The notes beneath the pieces were generated by a model, which did not search any database, was not told where the DNA came from, and saw only the letters and a program-made list of their open reading frames with translations. Below are positions 57,326 to 64,000 of a stretch of 64,000 nucleotides of DNA, in pieces. The number at the start of each line of letters is the position of its first letter. The first letter of the stretch is position 1. Position numbers and translations under genes: made by a program. The stretch is from an uncultured Clostridia bacterium (GTDB taxonomy: Bacteria > Bacillota > Clostridia > Oscillospirales > CAG-272). Location: NCBI GenBank assembly GCA_944384545.1, contig CALWTT010000106.1:1299-65298 (forward strand), given 5' to 3'.

Positions 57326-57409
57326 CTTTCTCAGATATACAAGCACTATCCGCATATCATGTATTGTTTACGCATGAATGCGGATTTTCTTTTTGAAGGA
57401 GTATATACT

Positions 57410-58096
57410 ATGTTTGGAAATCTGGCTGCGATCCTTGCAAATTTTTTATGCCTCGTTCTCGGAATAGGCGGAAATCAGAGTTTTCCCCCGCCCCTTCCCT
57501 CTGAGGAGGAAAAGGCGCTGTTTGCCGCTATGAAGAAGGGCGACCGTTCAGCGCGTGCCAAACTCATCGAGCACAATCTCCGTCTCGTCGCACATATTGT
57601 CAGAAAATACTACACGTCCTACCGCAATCCCGATGACCTGATTTCCATCGGAAGCCTCGGCCTTATCAAGGCAATTGACTCCTTTGACTGCACAAACGGC
57701 GCACGCTTTGCTACTTACGCGGCAAAATGTATTCAAAACGAAATCCTCATGTTTTTCCGCTCACAGAAAAAGCTGGCCTGTGAGGTTTCCATCCATGAAA
57801 CCATTGATGTAGACCGGGACGGCAATCCGCTGACGTATATCGATATTATCAGCTGCGAAGATACCATCGCGGAAGATCTGGATACCAAAATGAATACGCA
57901 ATACGCCTTACGTCTGATCCGTGATGCCCTTGATGAACGCGAGCGAGAAATCCTGATTATGCGATATGGGCTTACCGGCAAACCGGCCTTACCGCAACGA
58001 GAAGTCGCAAAAAAACTGGGAATTTCCCGCTCTTATGTCAGCCGGATAGAAAAAAGAGCGTTGGAAAAAATCAAAAGTTATTTTGGAAATAAATAG
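57410..58096 (+). CDS. sigK: RNA polymerase sporulation sigma factor SigK (pro-sigma-K, uninterrupted)
   Basis: ORF 57359..58096. GAAGGAG sits before ATG 57410. LIEHNLRLVAHIV and GISRSYVSRIEKRAL match sigma-K rather than sigma-E. A hydrophobic N-terminal pro-sequence is present. Confidence 0.85.
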   Translation: MFGNLAAILANFLCLVLGIGGNQSFPPPLPSEEEKALFAAMKKGDRSARAKLIEHNLRLVAHIVRKYYTSYRNPDDLISIGSLGLIKAIDSFDCTNGARFATYAAKCIQNEILMFFRSQKKLACEVSIHETIDVDRDGNPLTYIDIISCEDTIAEDLDTKMNTQYALRLIRDALDEREREILIMRYGLTGKPALPQREVAKKLGISRSYVSRIEKRALEKIKSYFGNK

Positions 58097-58205
58097 GATG
58101 TCCCTCTTATGGAAGGAAGTAATGCGTATAAAAGAAGCGCTGCTTCACATAATAAATGACAAACGGGATATATTGCCCGTAGAAAAAAGAAAGAGGTATC
58201 AGCGA

Positions 58206-58424
58206 ATGATTATTGACAAAATTGCTCTGATCCTCACAATCATAGGGGCTCTCAATTGGGGCGGTATCGGCCTCTTCTCCTTTGATACTGTGGCATGGAT
58301 CTGCGGCGGTTCTGCAACTATCGCGGCGAGAATCATATATACACTGGTTGCCCTGGCCGGCATCTGGTGCATCTCTCTTCTCTTCCGCCCCGAAGAGAAC
58401 ACGGCTGTGGCAGAGCACCATTGA
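58206..58424 (+). CDS. DUF378 family small membrane protein
   Basis: ORF 58083..58424. The ALNWGGIGLF motif is typical of DUF378. ATG 58206 gives the usual ~72-aa size. Confidence 0.7.
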   Translation: MIIDKIALILTIIGALNWGGIGLFSFDTVAWICGGSATIAARIIYTLVALAGIWCISLLFRPEENTAVAEHH

Positions 58425-58460
58425 AAAAAAGAATCTCCGCCAGGCGGAGCTTCTTTTTTT
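58424..58460. terminator. Bidirectional rho-independent terminator
   Basis: AAAAAAAGAATCTCCGC-CAG-GCGGAGCTTCTTTTTTT between convergent genes. Confidence 0.8.
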
Positions 58461-58469
58461 CATCGTATT

Positions 58470-59903
58470 TCAGAATACAATAAAGAACTTGCAAAGGAAG
58501 AGCACCGAAAGGATCATCGTAAAGACCGATACATCGCGGAACTCGCCACGCAGGATCTTGATCAGACTGTACATTACAAGACCGATACCGATACCGTTTC
58601 CGATACTGCTGGAAATCGGCATGAAAATCAGCATCATGATAACCGGCACTGTATTGGCCGAATCGCTGTAATCTACCTCACGAAGCGAGCCGATCATCAG
58701 CGATCCAACAAAGACCAATGCTGCAGAAGTCGCCGGAGGCGGAATAATGGCCGCGATAGGAGAAACGAACATGCACGCCAGGAACAGAAGTCCGGTTACA
58801 ATGGAAGCGAGGCCGGTTCTTCCGCCTTCCTTAACGCCGGATGCCGACTCTACAAACGTTGTCACCGTGGAAGTACCGGTAACAGCACCGACGCAGGTTG
58901 CAACCGCATCCGAAACAAGGCACTGGCTCATGTTCGGAACCTTATCATCCTCGTCCAGCATGTCCGCTGCCTTGCAGGTTCCGTACAGCGTACCGATGGT
59001 ATCAAACATATCCACAATGCAGAAGCTGATAATGGTCATGATTGCGGAGAATATTCCGATGGAGAACATATTGTTGAAGTCAAACTTGAAGAGGGTCAGA
59101 TTGGCCATATCGGCAAAGGGAGGAATCCAGCTCGCGGTTTCCGGGCTGACAAACGGATTGGTTCCGAGCACCGCAAAACACATGATCCAGTAGAATGCAG
59201 ATGCACCGGCAATTCCCAGAAGAATAGACCCGGTCACATGCTTATGGTTGAGCACAGCGATAAGAAGCACACCGATCAGCATGGTAATGACATGCACGAC
59301 CATGACTTTATAATCTTCGCCCATGAGTTGTGCAGTTGCGCTGGGGCCCTGTGTAAAGAAGGTGCCCAGCATCAGGAAGGGACCACCGGTTGCTGTATCG
59401 ATGCTGTCGTTGGTACCGAGTCCGATGTTGATCAGCATCAAACCGATTCCCGCAGAAATACCGAGACGCACGCTGTGCGGAATCGCATCCACGATCTTTT
59501 CACGGACACGGAAGAGCGAAAGCACAAGGAAAATAATACCTTCTAACAAGATGATGGTGAGACCTGCCTGAAAACCCTGCAGGTAGGTAACGCCTGCCGC
59601 AGCGGCAATCGATGCGACCACTGTAGCAAAATAGGAGTTCAGACCCATACCGGGAGCAAGAGCAAACGGCATGTTGGCCAGAAGACCCATTAGGATCGTA
59701 CCGATGGCGGACGACAGAATCGTTGCCATGAATACGGCATTCCACAATTCCGTGCCACCGCTCGCGCCAAAGTTGGTGAGGAGATTCGGGTTCAGCGCAA
59801 TGATGTACGCCATGGTCAGGAAGGTGGTAAGCCCTGCCATGACTTCCTTCTTTACGCTGGATCCCTTTTCCTTCACCTTGAAGAAACTCAGAATTTTTTC
59901 CAT
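58470..59903 (-). CDS. pbuG: NCS2 family guanine/hypoxanthine permease (PbuG/AzgA type)
   Basis: ORF 58470..59999. The true start is MEKILSFFKVKEKGSSVKKEVMAGLTTFLTMAYI, with AAGGAG upstream. The 5' part of the track ORF covers the riboswitch terminator. The start coordinate is taken from the track frame. Confidence 0.88.
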   Translation of the reverse strand: MEKILSFFKVKEKGSSVKKEVMAGLTTFLTMAYIIALNPNLLTNFGASGGTELWNAVFMATILSSAIGTILMGLLANMPFALAPGMGLNSYFATVVASIAAAAGVTYLQGFQAGLTIILLEGIIFLVLSLFRVREKIVDAIPHSVRLGISAGIGLMLINIGLGTNDSIDTATGGPFLMLGTFFTQGPSATAQLMGEDYKVMVVHVITMLIGVLLIAVLNHKHVTGSILLGIAGASAFYWIMCFAVLGTNPFVSPETASWIPPFADMANLTLFKFDFNNMFSIGIFSAIMTIISFCIVDMFDTIGTLYGTCKAADMLDEDDKVPNMSQCLVSDAVATCVGAVTGTSTVTTFVESASGVKEGGRTGLASIVTGLLFLACMFVSPIAAIIPPPATSAALVFVGSLMIGSLREVDYSDSANTVPVIMMLIFMPISSSIGNGIGIGLVMYSLIKILRGEFRDVSVFTMILSVLFLCKFFIVF

Positions 59904-59933
59904 GAAAAGGTGCTCCTTTTTTGAATTCCCCGG

Positions 59934-59966
59934 AACAAAAAACGGGCGGGCGACCGGCCCGTCCGC
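59934..59966 (-). terminator. Riboswitch expression-platform terminator
   Basis: Minus strand: GC-rich hairpin GGACGGGC-CGGTC-GCCCGCCC followed by a T-run, between the aptamer and the pbuG RBS. Confidence 0.65.
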
Positions 59967-60028
59967 AACCACTTCTCCGGAAAAAACAAAAAACAGCATC
60001 GCCCTACGGTCAATGTTGTGTTTTGCCC

Positions 60029-60095
60029 CGGATAGTGGACAGTGGAACCGGCTGTCCGTAGAAACGCGCGGCCCTTCCCGCCGCCCTTATATCCG
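60029..60095 (-). promoter_or_regulatory. Purine riboswitch aptamer, guanine/hypoxanthine class (C74)
   Basis: Minus strand: CGGAUA-UAAG-GGCGGC-GGGAAGG-GCCGCG-CGUUUCUAC-GGACAG-CCGGUUCCA-CUGUCC-ACUAUCCG. The core J1/2 UAA, J2/3 GUUUCUAC and J3/1 AC(U) are conserved. It lies upstream of a purine permease. Confidence 0.8.
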
Positions 60096-60111
60096 TCAGG
60101 TTTATGTCTTA

Positions 60112-60140
60112 ATTATAAACACTTTTTTAATATTTTGCAA
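60112..60140 (-). promoter_or_regulatory. Sigma-A promoter for the riboswitch-pbuG unit (TTGCAA-17-TATAAT)
   Basis: Read directly on the minus strand, about 17 nt upstream of the aptamer P1. Confidence 0.65.
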
Positions 60141-60371
60141 TCGTCAATACTAACAAAAAACTGCGACATTTTTTGGCAATTTTACTCTTTTTCCGCATTC
60201 TGCCGCCAAAAGACATGCTGCATTTCGCTTCTGCGATGCATATACTGATGGCGGGGAGAAGTTTTCCCTGATTTCCTTTCTTTCCCTTGATTAAATCCCC
60301 CGCTTCTTCGGTAAAAATAATACTGCAAAGGAAACTTCTGAAAGGAACCCGCACTGCGGGGAACGTCTGCC

Positions 60372-60779
60372 ATGAACATAAGACGTGGTGATATCTATTA
60401 TGCGGATCTGAGTCCGGTTGTCGGAAGCGAGCAAGGTGGACTGCGGCCGGTTCTCATTGTACAGAATGACGTCGGAAACCGGTACAGTCCTACCGTCATT
60501 GCCGCCGCCATTACCAGTAGAATGGGGAAAGCGAAACTGCCTACCCATATCGATATTTATGCAAGCCGTGAGGGATTGCAAAAAGATTCGGTTGTTTTGT
60601 TGGAACAAATTCGCACGCTGGACAAACGGCGCCTGCGTGAGAAAATGGGGCACCTGGACGATGATGTCATGAATCGCGTCAACAATGCGATATCCGTCAG
60701 CTTTGGTCTCAGCAACACGCCGGAAGCTACAAGCCCGCCACGCGTATACGCAAAAACCGAAATCGCTTCCTCAGAATAA
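60372..60779 (+). CDS. mazF: Type II toxin MazF/EndoA (PemK family endoribonuclease)
   Basis: 135-aa [46 protein letters not shown].. is close to B. subtilis EndoA. Has a ~20-aa C-terminal tail. Confidence 0.9.
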   Translation: MNIRRGDIYYADLSPVVGSEQGGLRPVLIVQNDVGNRYSPTVIAAAITSRMGKAKLPTHIDIYASREGLQKDSVVLLEQIRTLDKRRLREKMGHLDDDVMNRVNNAISVSFGLSNTPEATSPPRVYAKTEIASSE

Positions 60780-60803
60780 AGACTTTCCGCTGAAAATTTA
60801 CAA

Positions 60804-60848
60804 TATACAGCGGGGAGAGCGTTGAAATACCGCTCTCCCCGCTGTATA
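60804..60848 (+). terminator. 18-bp perfect hairpin downstream of mazF (probable terminator, weak U-tract)
   Basis: TATACAGCGGGGAGAGCG-TTGAAATAC-CGCTCTCCCCGCTGTATA. Confidence 0.55.
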
Positions 60849-60850
60849 AT
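60822..60850 (+). promoter_or_regulatory. Consensus sigma-A promoter for the thioesterase gene (TTGAAA-17-TATAAT) embedded in the hairpin
   Basis: The -35 lies in the hairpin loop. The -10 lies at the end of the 3' arm, partly within it. Confidence 0.6.
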
Positions 60851-60886
60851 ATAGTACGGAGTTTTCATGAGAGGAAATTTGTTGCT

Positions 60887-61615
60887 ATGCCGTTTTCCGA
60901 AACTTTTATTGTAAATTCCCATGCTTGTGACGCCGAAGGAATTGTGCGGCCGACTCCGATGATGGTTTTCATGCAGGAGTGCGCCAACCGCCAGCTTCTC
61001 CGCTATGGCCCCAGCAATGACGATTTGCGAAAAGAGGGCTATTTCTTTGTACTTAGCCGGATGGGAATGAGTTTTTATGCACCACTGCACGCTTTTGATA
61101 CCGTAACCGCACAAACCTGGTCCACAGACAGCCACGGCTTCAGCTTCTGTCGCTGTCACCGACTGCTTCGCCATGAAGAAGTCATTGCGGAAGCTGTTTC
61201 GGTCTGGGCCATGCTCCGATTGGATACAGGGCGCCCTGTGCGTGTCAGTGAATACCACCCGAACTATGCACCCGAGCCCATGCTGACATACGATCTTCCT
61301 ATGCGGATCCGCATTGCACCGGAACACCTGAAGCTGATCGGTGAACATACGGTACGTTACAGCGAGGTGGACATCAATCGGCATATGAACAATACCGTCT
61401 ATGGCGATATGCTCTGCAATTTCCTGAATATGTCCGCGCGGAGGGTGGCTCGTATCAATTTCAATTATCTGAACGAAGCTCCCCTGGGAGAAACAATCAA
61501 GGTTTATTGTGAAGAACCGGAACGGGATACCTATGTGTTCCGGACTCTGCGAAGCGACGGAAAAATCAATGTGGAAGCAGAATTCGTTCTGGAAGACCTG
61601 CACGAAACGCTGTAA
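60887..61615 (+). CDS. Acyl-ACP thioesterase
   Basis: 242-aa ORF with a double hot-dog pattern. VRYSEVDINRHMNNTVY is typical of the acyl-ACP thioesterase family. Confidence 0.85.
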   Translation: MPFSETFIVNSHACDAEGIVRPTPMMVFMQECANRQLLRYGPSNDDLRKEGYFFVLSRMGMSFYAPLHAFDTVTAQTWSTDSHGFSFCRCHRLLRHEEVIAEAVSVWAMLRLDTGRPVRVSEYHPNYAPEPMLTYDLPMRIRIAPEHLKLIGEHTVRYSEVDINRHMNNTVYGDMLCNFLNMSARRVARINFNYLNEAPLGETIKVYCEEPERDTYVFRTLRSDGKINVEAEFVLEDLHETL

Positions 61616-61727
61616 CTGCCGATCATCGTACCGACAAGGCAAAATTGCACGGAAAAAACTGCGCAATTCACGCCCCCTAACATCATGGCTATAAACATCA
61701 TGGATATATAAGGAAGGAGTGCTTTAC

Positions 61728-61961
61728 ATGAGAAAACCGTCGCATGCACTGCAAGAATATCTGGAGGAGATCCGCCAGGAGGTTTTCGGGGACGGATATA
61801 AACGGATAGAAAATTATCGAGGGTATCAGGTCTACGCGATCACGTTCAAAGAACCGGTCATCATGGATCCTGTAGTGGTCTTTGTCAATGCAGACGGCGA
61901 CTTCTGGTCACCGGATGGAGAGGAATACCTGCAATACAGGCGTGATGTGTGTCATGACTGA
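61728..61961 (+). CDS. Hypothetical small protein (77 aa)
   Basis: ORF 61719..61961. AAGGAAGGAG sits before ATG 61728. I do not recognise a family. Confidence 0.45.
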   Translation: MRKPSHALQEYLEEIRQEVFGDGYKRIENYRGYQVYAITFKEPVIMDPVVVFVNADGDFWSPDGEEYLQYRRDVCHD

Positions 61962-62105
61962 TTTTCCTGCGCATTGCGGTGAAAGAGGTGCCAAGGCATC
62001 TCTTTCTTTTTGTTCTCTTCTTCATACTTTTTTCACTGCGCTCATATATATGGAACCACAGGACCGCGCAAAGAAAAAAGAAAAAGGAAAAGAGGAAAAG
62101 CATCT

Positions 62106-63044
62106 ATGGTATACAAACCGGAAGGATATGCGATCGGCAATACGGAAAACCACGAAAATCTCTGTTCTCTGCCTGCGCTGGAGCGTGCACTCGACAAACA
62201 AAAAATCCTCGAGTCTACTGCATTGCTCTGCGACAGCAATTTCTCACTTCATTTTGACCTTTATGGGATCCGCGGAATCATGCCGCGAAGCGAGGTCCAG
62301 TTCTCCGCACAAGGCGAGCCTACCAAAGATATTGCCGTTCTGACACGGGTAGGAAAGCCGACCTGTTTCAAAATCATAGGGTTCCGTCGGGAATCCGACG
62401 GAAATCTGTGTGCAATTCTTTCCAGAAAAGCCGCGCAGGCGGAATGCTACTACGAATATATCCGTACACTGATGCCGGGAGATATTCTGCCGGCACGTGT
62501 AACCCACCTGGAAAGTTTTGGTGCGTTTGTAGACATTGGGTGCGGTATTATTTCCCTGCTCCCTATTGATGCCATTTCGGTTTCCCGTATTTCGCATCCC
62601 AGGGATCGGTTCCAGCCGGGAGACCGGATCCACGTCCTGATCCGGAGTATTGATACAAATGGCCGTATTTATGTATCCGGTCGTGAACTGTTGGGGACAT
62701 GGGCGGAAAACGCGGAAAAATTTACCGTGGGGCAAACCGTCATGGGTATCGTGCGCAGCATGGAAAGTTACGGAATTTTTGTGGAACTGACACCGAATCT
62801 GGCCGGACTGGCCGAGCCCAAAGATGGGATTGCTGTCGGCTGTACCGCAGCCGTATATATAAAAAGCATCCTGCCGGAAAAAATGAAAATCAAGCTGGTC
62901 ATCATTGATACACATCCATCCGGAGACTTCAAACTTCCCGTTACCTGTTTCATAGACACCAAAAATATAACGCATATGGATCATTGGTGTTATTCTCCGG
63001 CCTGTTGCCCGAGAAGAATCGAAACTCGATTTGATACACCATAG
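62106..63044 (+). CDS. S1 RNA-binding domain protein (multiple S1 repeats)
   Basis: ORF 62010..63044. AGAGGA sits before ATG 62106. S1 motifs GDILPARVTHLESFGAFVDIG and GQTVMGIVRSMESYGIFVEL. Confidence 0.8.
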   Translation: MVYKPEGYAIGNTENHENLCSLPALERALDKQKILESTALLCDSNFSLHFDLYGIRGIMPRSEVQFSAQGEPTKDIAVLTRVGKPTCFKIIGFRRESDGNLCAILSRKAAQAECYYEYIRTLMPGDILPARVTHLESFGAFVDIGCGIISLLPIDAISVSRISHPRDRFQPGDRIHVLIRSIDTNGRIYVSGRELLGTWAENAEKFTVGQTVMGIVRSMESYGIFVELTPNLAGLAEPKDGIAVGCTAAVYIKSILPEKMKIKLVIIDTHPSGDFKLPVTCFIDTKNITHMDHWCYSPACCPRRIETRFDTP

Positions 63045-63109
63045 TTACCACCGTATAAAGCACAACTGAAAATACATAGTCTGGCATCTGTCCTCCGTCT
63101 TTATTCCAT

Positions 63110-63153
63110 AAAAGAAAGGCATCGGCGCATATGTTCCGATGCCTTTCTGTTTT
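63110..63153. terminator. Bidirectional rho-independent terminator
   Basis: AGAAAGGCATCGG-N10-CCGATGCCTTTCT flanked by A- and T-tracts. Confidence 0.8.
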
Positions 63154-63188
63154 CGCTATCTGCCCTGCAATATCTGCCTTATGCAACA

Positions 63189-63719
63189 TCAATACCGCAG
63201 ATCTTTCGGCATACTCACCGCTCCCGGATTGTACAGTTGAAGCAGACGAAACGCTTTCTGCGTTCCTTCAAACAAAACCAATATTTCCTCGTCCTTATCG
63301 TTACGATATACAAGATAGCAGGTATCCGGTGAATGCACACTTCCACGAAAATCATACACATGCGCATATCTGCCGTTGCCTCCCTTTCCCGGACCGGCGC
63401 TGACAAGATCCTTGATCCGCAGGGTCATGGCATTTCTTCTCGTGCGGTTGCCATATATACGCGCGAAAGAAATCTGTCCGATCTCTATTTCATATTCATT
63501 GGTTACCTGCGTATAGCGCCATGTGTAAAAGACGAGGATCAGAAGCAGCAACGGGCAGACGGCAAACACCTGCGGCATCCGCACCGCATAAAAAACGCAA
63601 AAACCCACTACAAGAAACAGAACATACAGTCCTATCAACCCCACACGGGAAAGCGCATATCGACCTTCCGGTTTTCTGTCTACTGCAAAAGTAAACCTGT
63701 TCTCCGTCATATTTTCCAT
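63189..63719 (-). CDS. Hypothetical membrane protein (two TM segments)
   Basis: 176-aa ORF. Its start lies 7 nt after the upstream stop. I do not recognise a family. Confidence 0.5.
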   Translation of the reverse strand: MENMTENRFTFAVDRKPEGRYALSRVGLIGLYVLFLVVGFCVFYAVRMPQVFAVCPLLLLILVFYTWRYTQVTNEYEIEIGQISFARIYGNRTRRNAMTLRIKDLVSAGPGKGGNGRYAHVYDFRGSVHSPDTCYLVYRNDKDEEILVLFEGTQKAFRLLQLYNPGAVSMPKDLRY

Positions 63720-63726
63720 TCGCCTT

Positions 63727-64000
63727 TCAGTAGAATGTCGCGACCTGCTGATCCGGAGGAAGCGGGTCTGTCAACTCTACGGACAGCACTTCCAGAACAG
63801 GGCCAGCCGAACCATACAGTTTGTGGTATGCACGGGTAAAGCGTGCCTCTAAAATCACCCAATCCTTGCTCTGTAAAGAGAATTTTTCCTTTCCCTTACA
63901 GATCATTCCGCGATAGGCAATATCATTCACACAGCAAGTCATAACATGCCGCCCTATCACGAAAGAATCCGCCGGAAGCTTCGGATCCCTTGCAACGATT
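63727..64000 (-). CDS. C-terminal part of a DUF1980/TIGR03943-like protein; 5' end beyond window
   Basis: The frame stays open to the window edge (..IVARDPKLPADSFVIGRHVMTCCVNDIAYRG..). The MTCCxxD motif is typical of DUF1980. Confidence 0.5.
   Translation of the reverse strand, partial: IVARDPKLPADSFVIGRHVMTCCVNDIAYRGMICKGKEKFSLQSKDWVILEARFTRAYHKLYGSAGPVLEVLSVELTDPLPPDQQVATFY

Noticed and set aside
59880-59942. Apparent +1/-1 discrepancy at the 5' end of pbuG when I hand-read the printed lines, which would imply a frameshift.
   Set aside because: The computed ORF track shows one continuous frame through this segment, and frames checked on both sides agree with it. I attribute the discrepancy to my own reading of homopolymer runs at line junctions. 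Coordinates here may be off by 1 nt.
60557-61666. 369-aa minus-strand ORF spanning the mazF 3' end, the intergenic hairpin and the thioesterase gene.
   Set aside because: It lies opposite two confidently recognised plus-strand genes and a promoter/terminator. Its composition is odd (His, Arg and Phe rich) and it has no motifs.
1-64000. Search for CRISPR repeats, tRNA or rRNA genes, IS elements, transposases, integrases, phage genes, and restriction-modification or other defence gene clusters.
   Set aside because: None was seen. No regularly spaced direct repeats, no cloverleaf-like segments in intergenic gaps, and no ORF with recombinase or defence-type motifs apart from the solitary mazF.

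Overview
This 64-kb window looks like core chromosome from a spore-forming Firmicute, probably class Clostridia, with moderate to high GC by eye. It is densely packed: about 65 protein genes, one large Bacillus-type SRP RNA, and one guanine-class purine riboswitch. There are also many near-consensus sigma-A promoters, two near-consensus sigma-E-type promoters and about a dozen rho-independent terminators.

Gene content is mainly housekeeping:
- Translation and ribosome biogenesis: leuS, rpsU, infC-rpmI-rplT, rsfS, era, ybeY, engB, rluB.
- Replication, repair and segregation: topA, dprA, smc, scpA/scpB, mutS2, recO, recR, dnaX, ybaB.
- Other: ftsY, plsX, rnc, nadD, pgi, GTP-type PEPCK, lon.

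Sporulation genes are interleaved with these: spo0A, an intact sigK, yqfC, yqfD, a ylbJ-like gene, ytfI/ytfJ, pdaA and two DD-carboxypeptidases.

I found no CRISPR array, tRNA, rRNA, transposase, integrase, phage gene or recognisable multi-gene defence island. I therefore cannot point to a convincing, clearly novel system. The best leads for unexplained biology are:
1. A two-gene cassette of a 135-aa minimal P-loop NTPase and a 277-aa protein with 20 cysteines (2815-4234).
2. A pseudo-receiver OmpR-type regulator directly upstream of sigK.
3. A solitary MazF toxin with no antitoxin ORF.
4. An RdgB-YhbY fusion protein.
5. A purine riboswitch with non-canonical but mutually complementary L2/L3 loops.
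6. A partial BNR / DapA-family / AraC catabolic module at the left edge.

All calls rest on by-eye motif and family recognition, with no database search. Start codons were refined from the ORF track using RBS position and neighbouring stop codons. Manually located motifs may be off by 1-2 nt.
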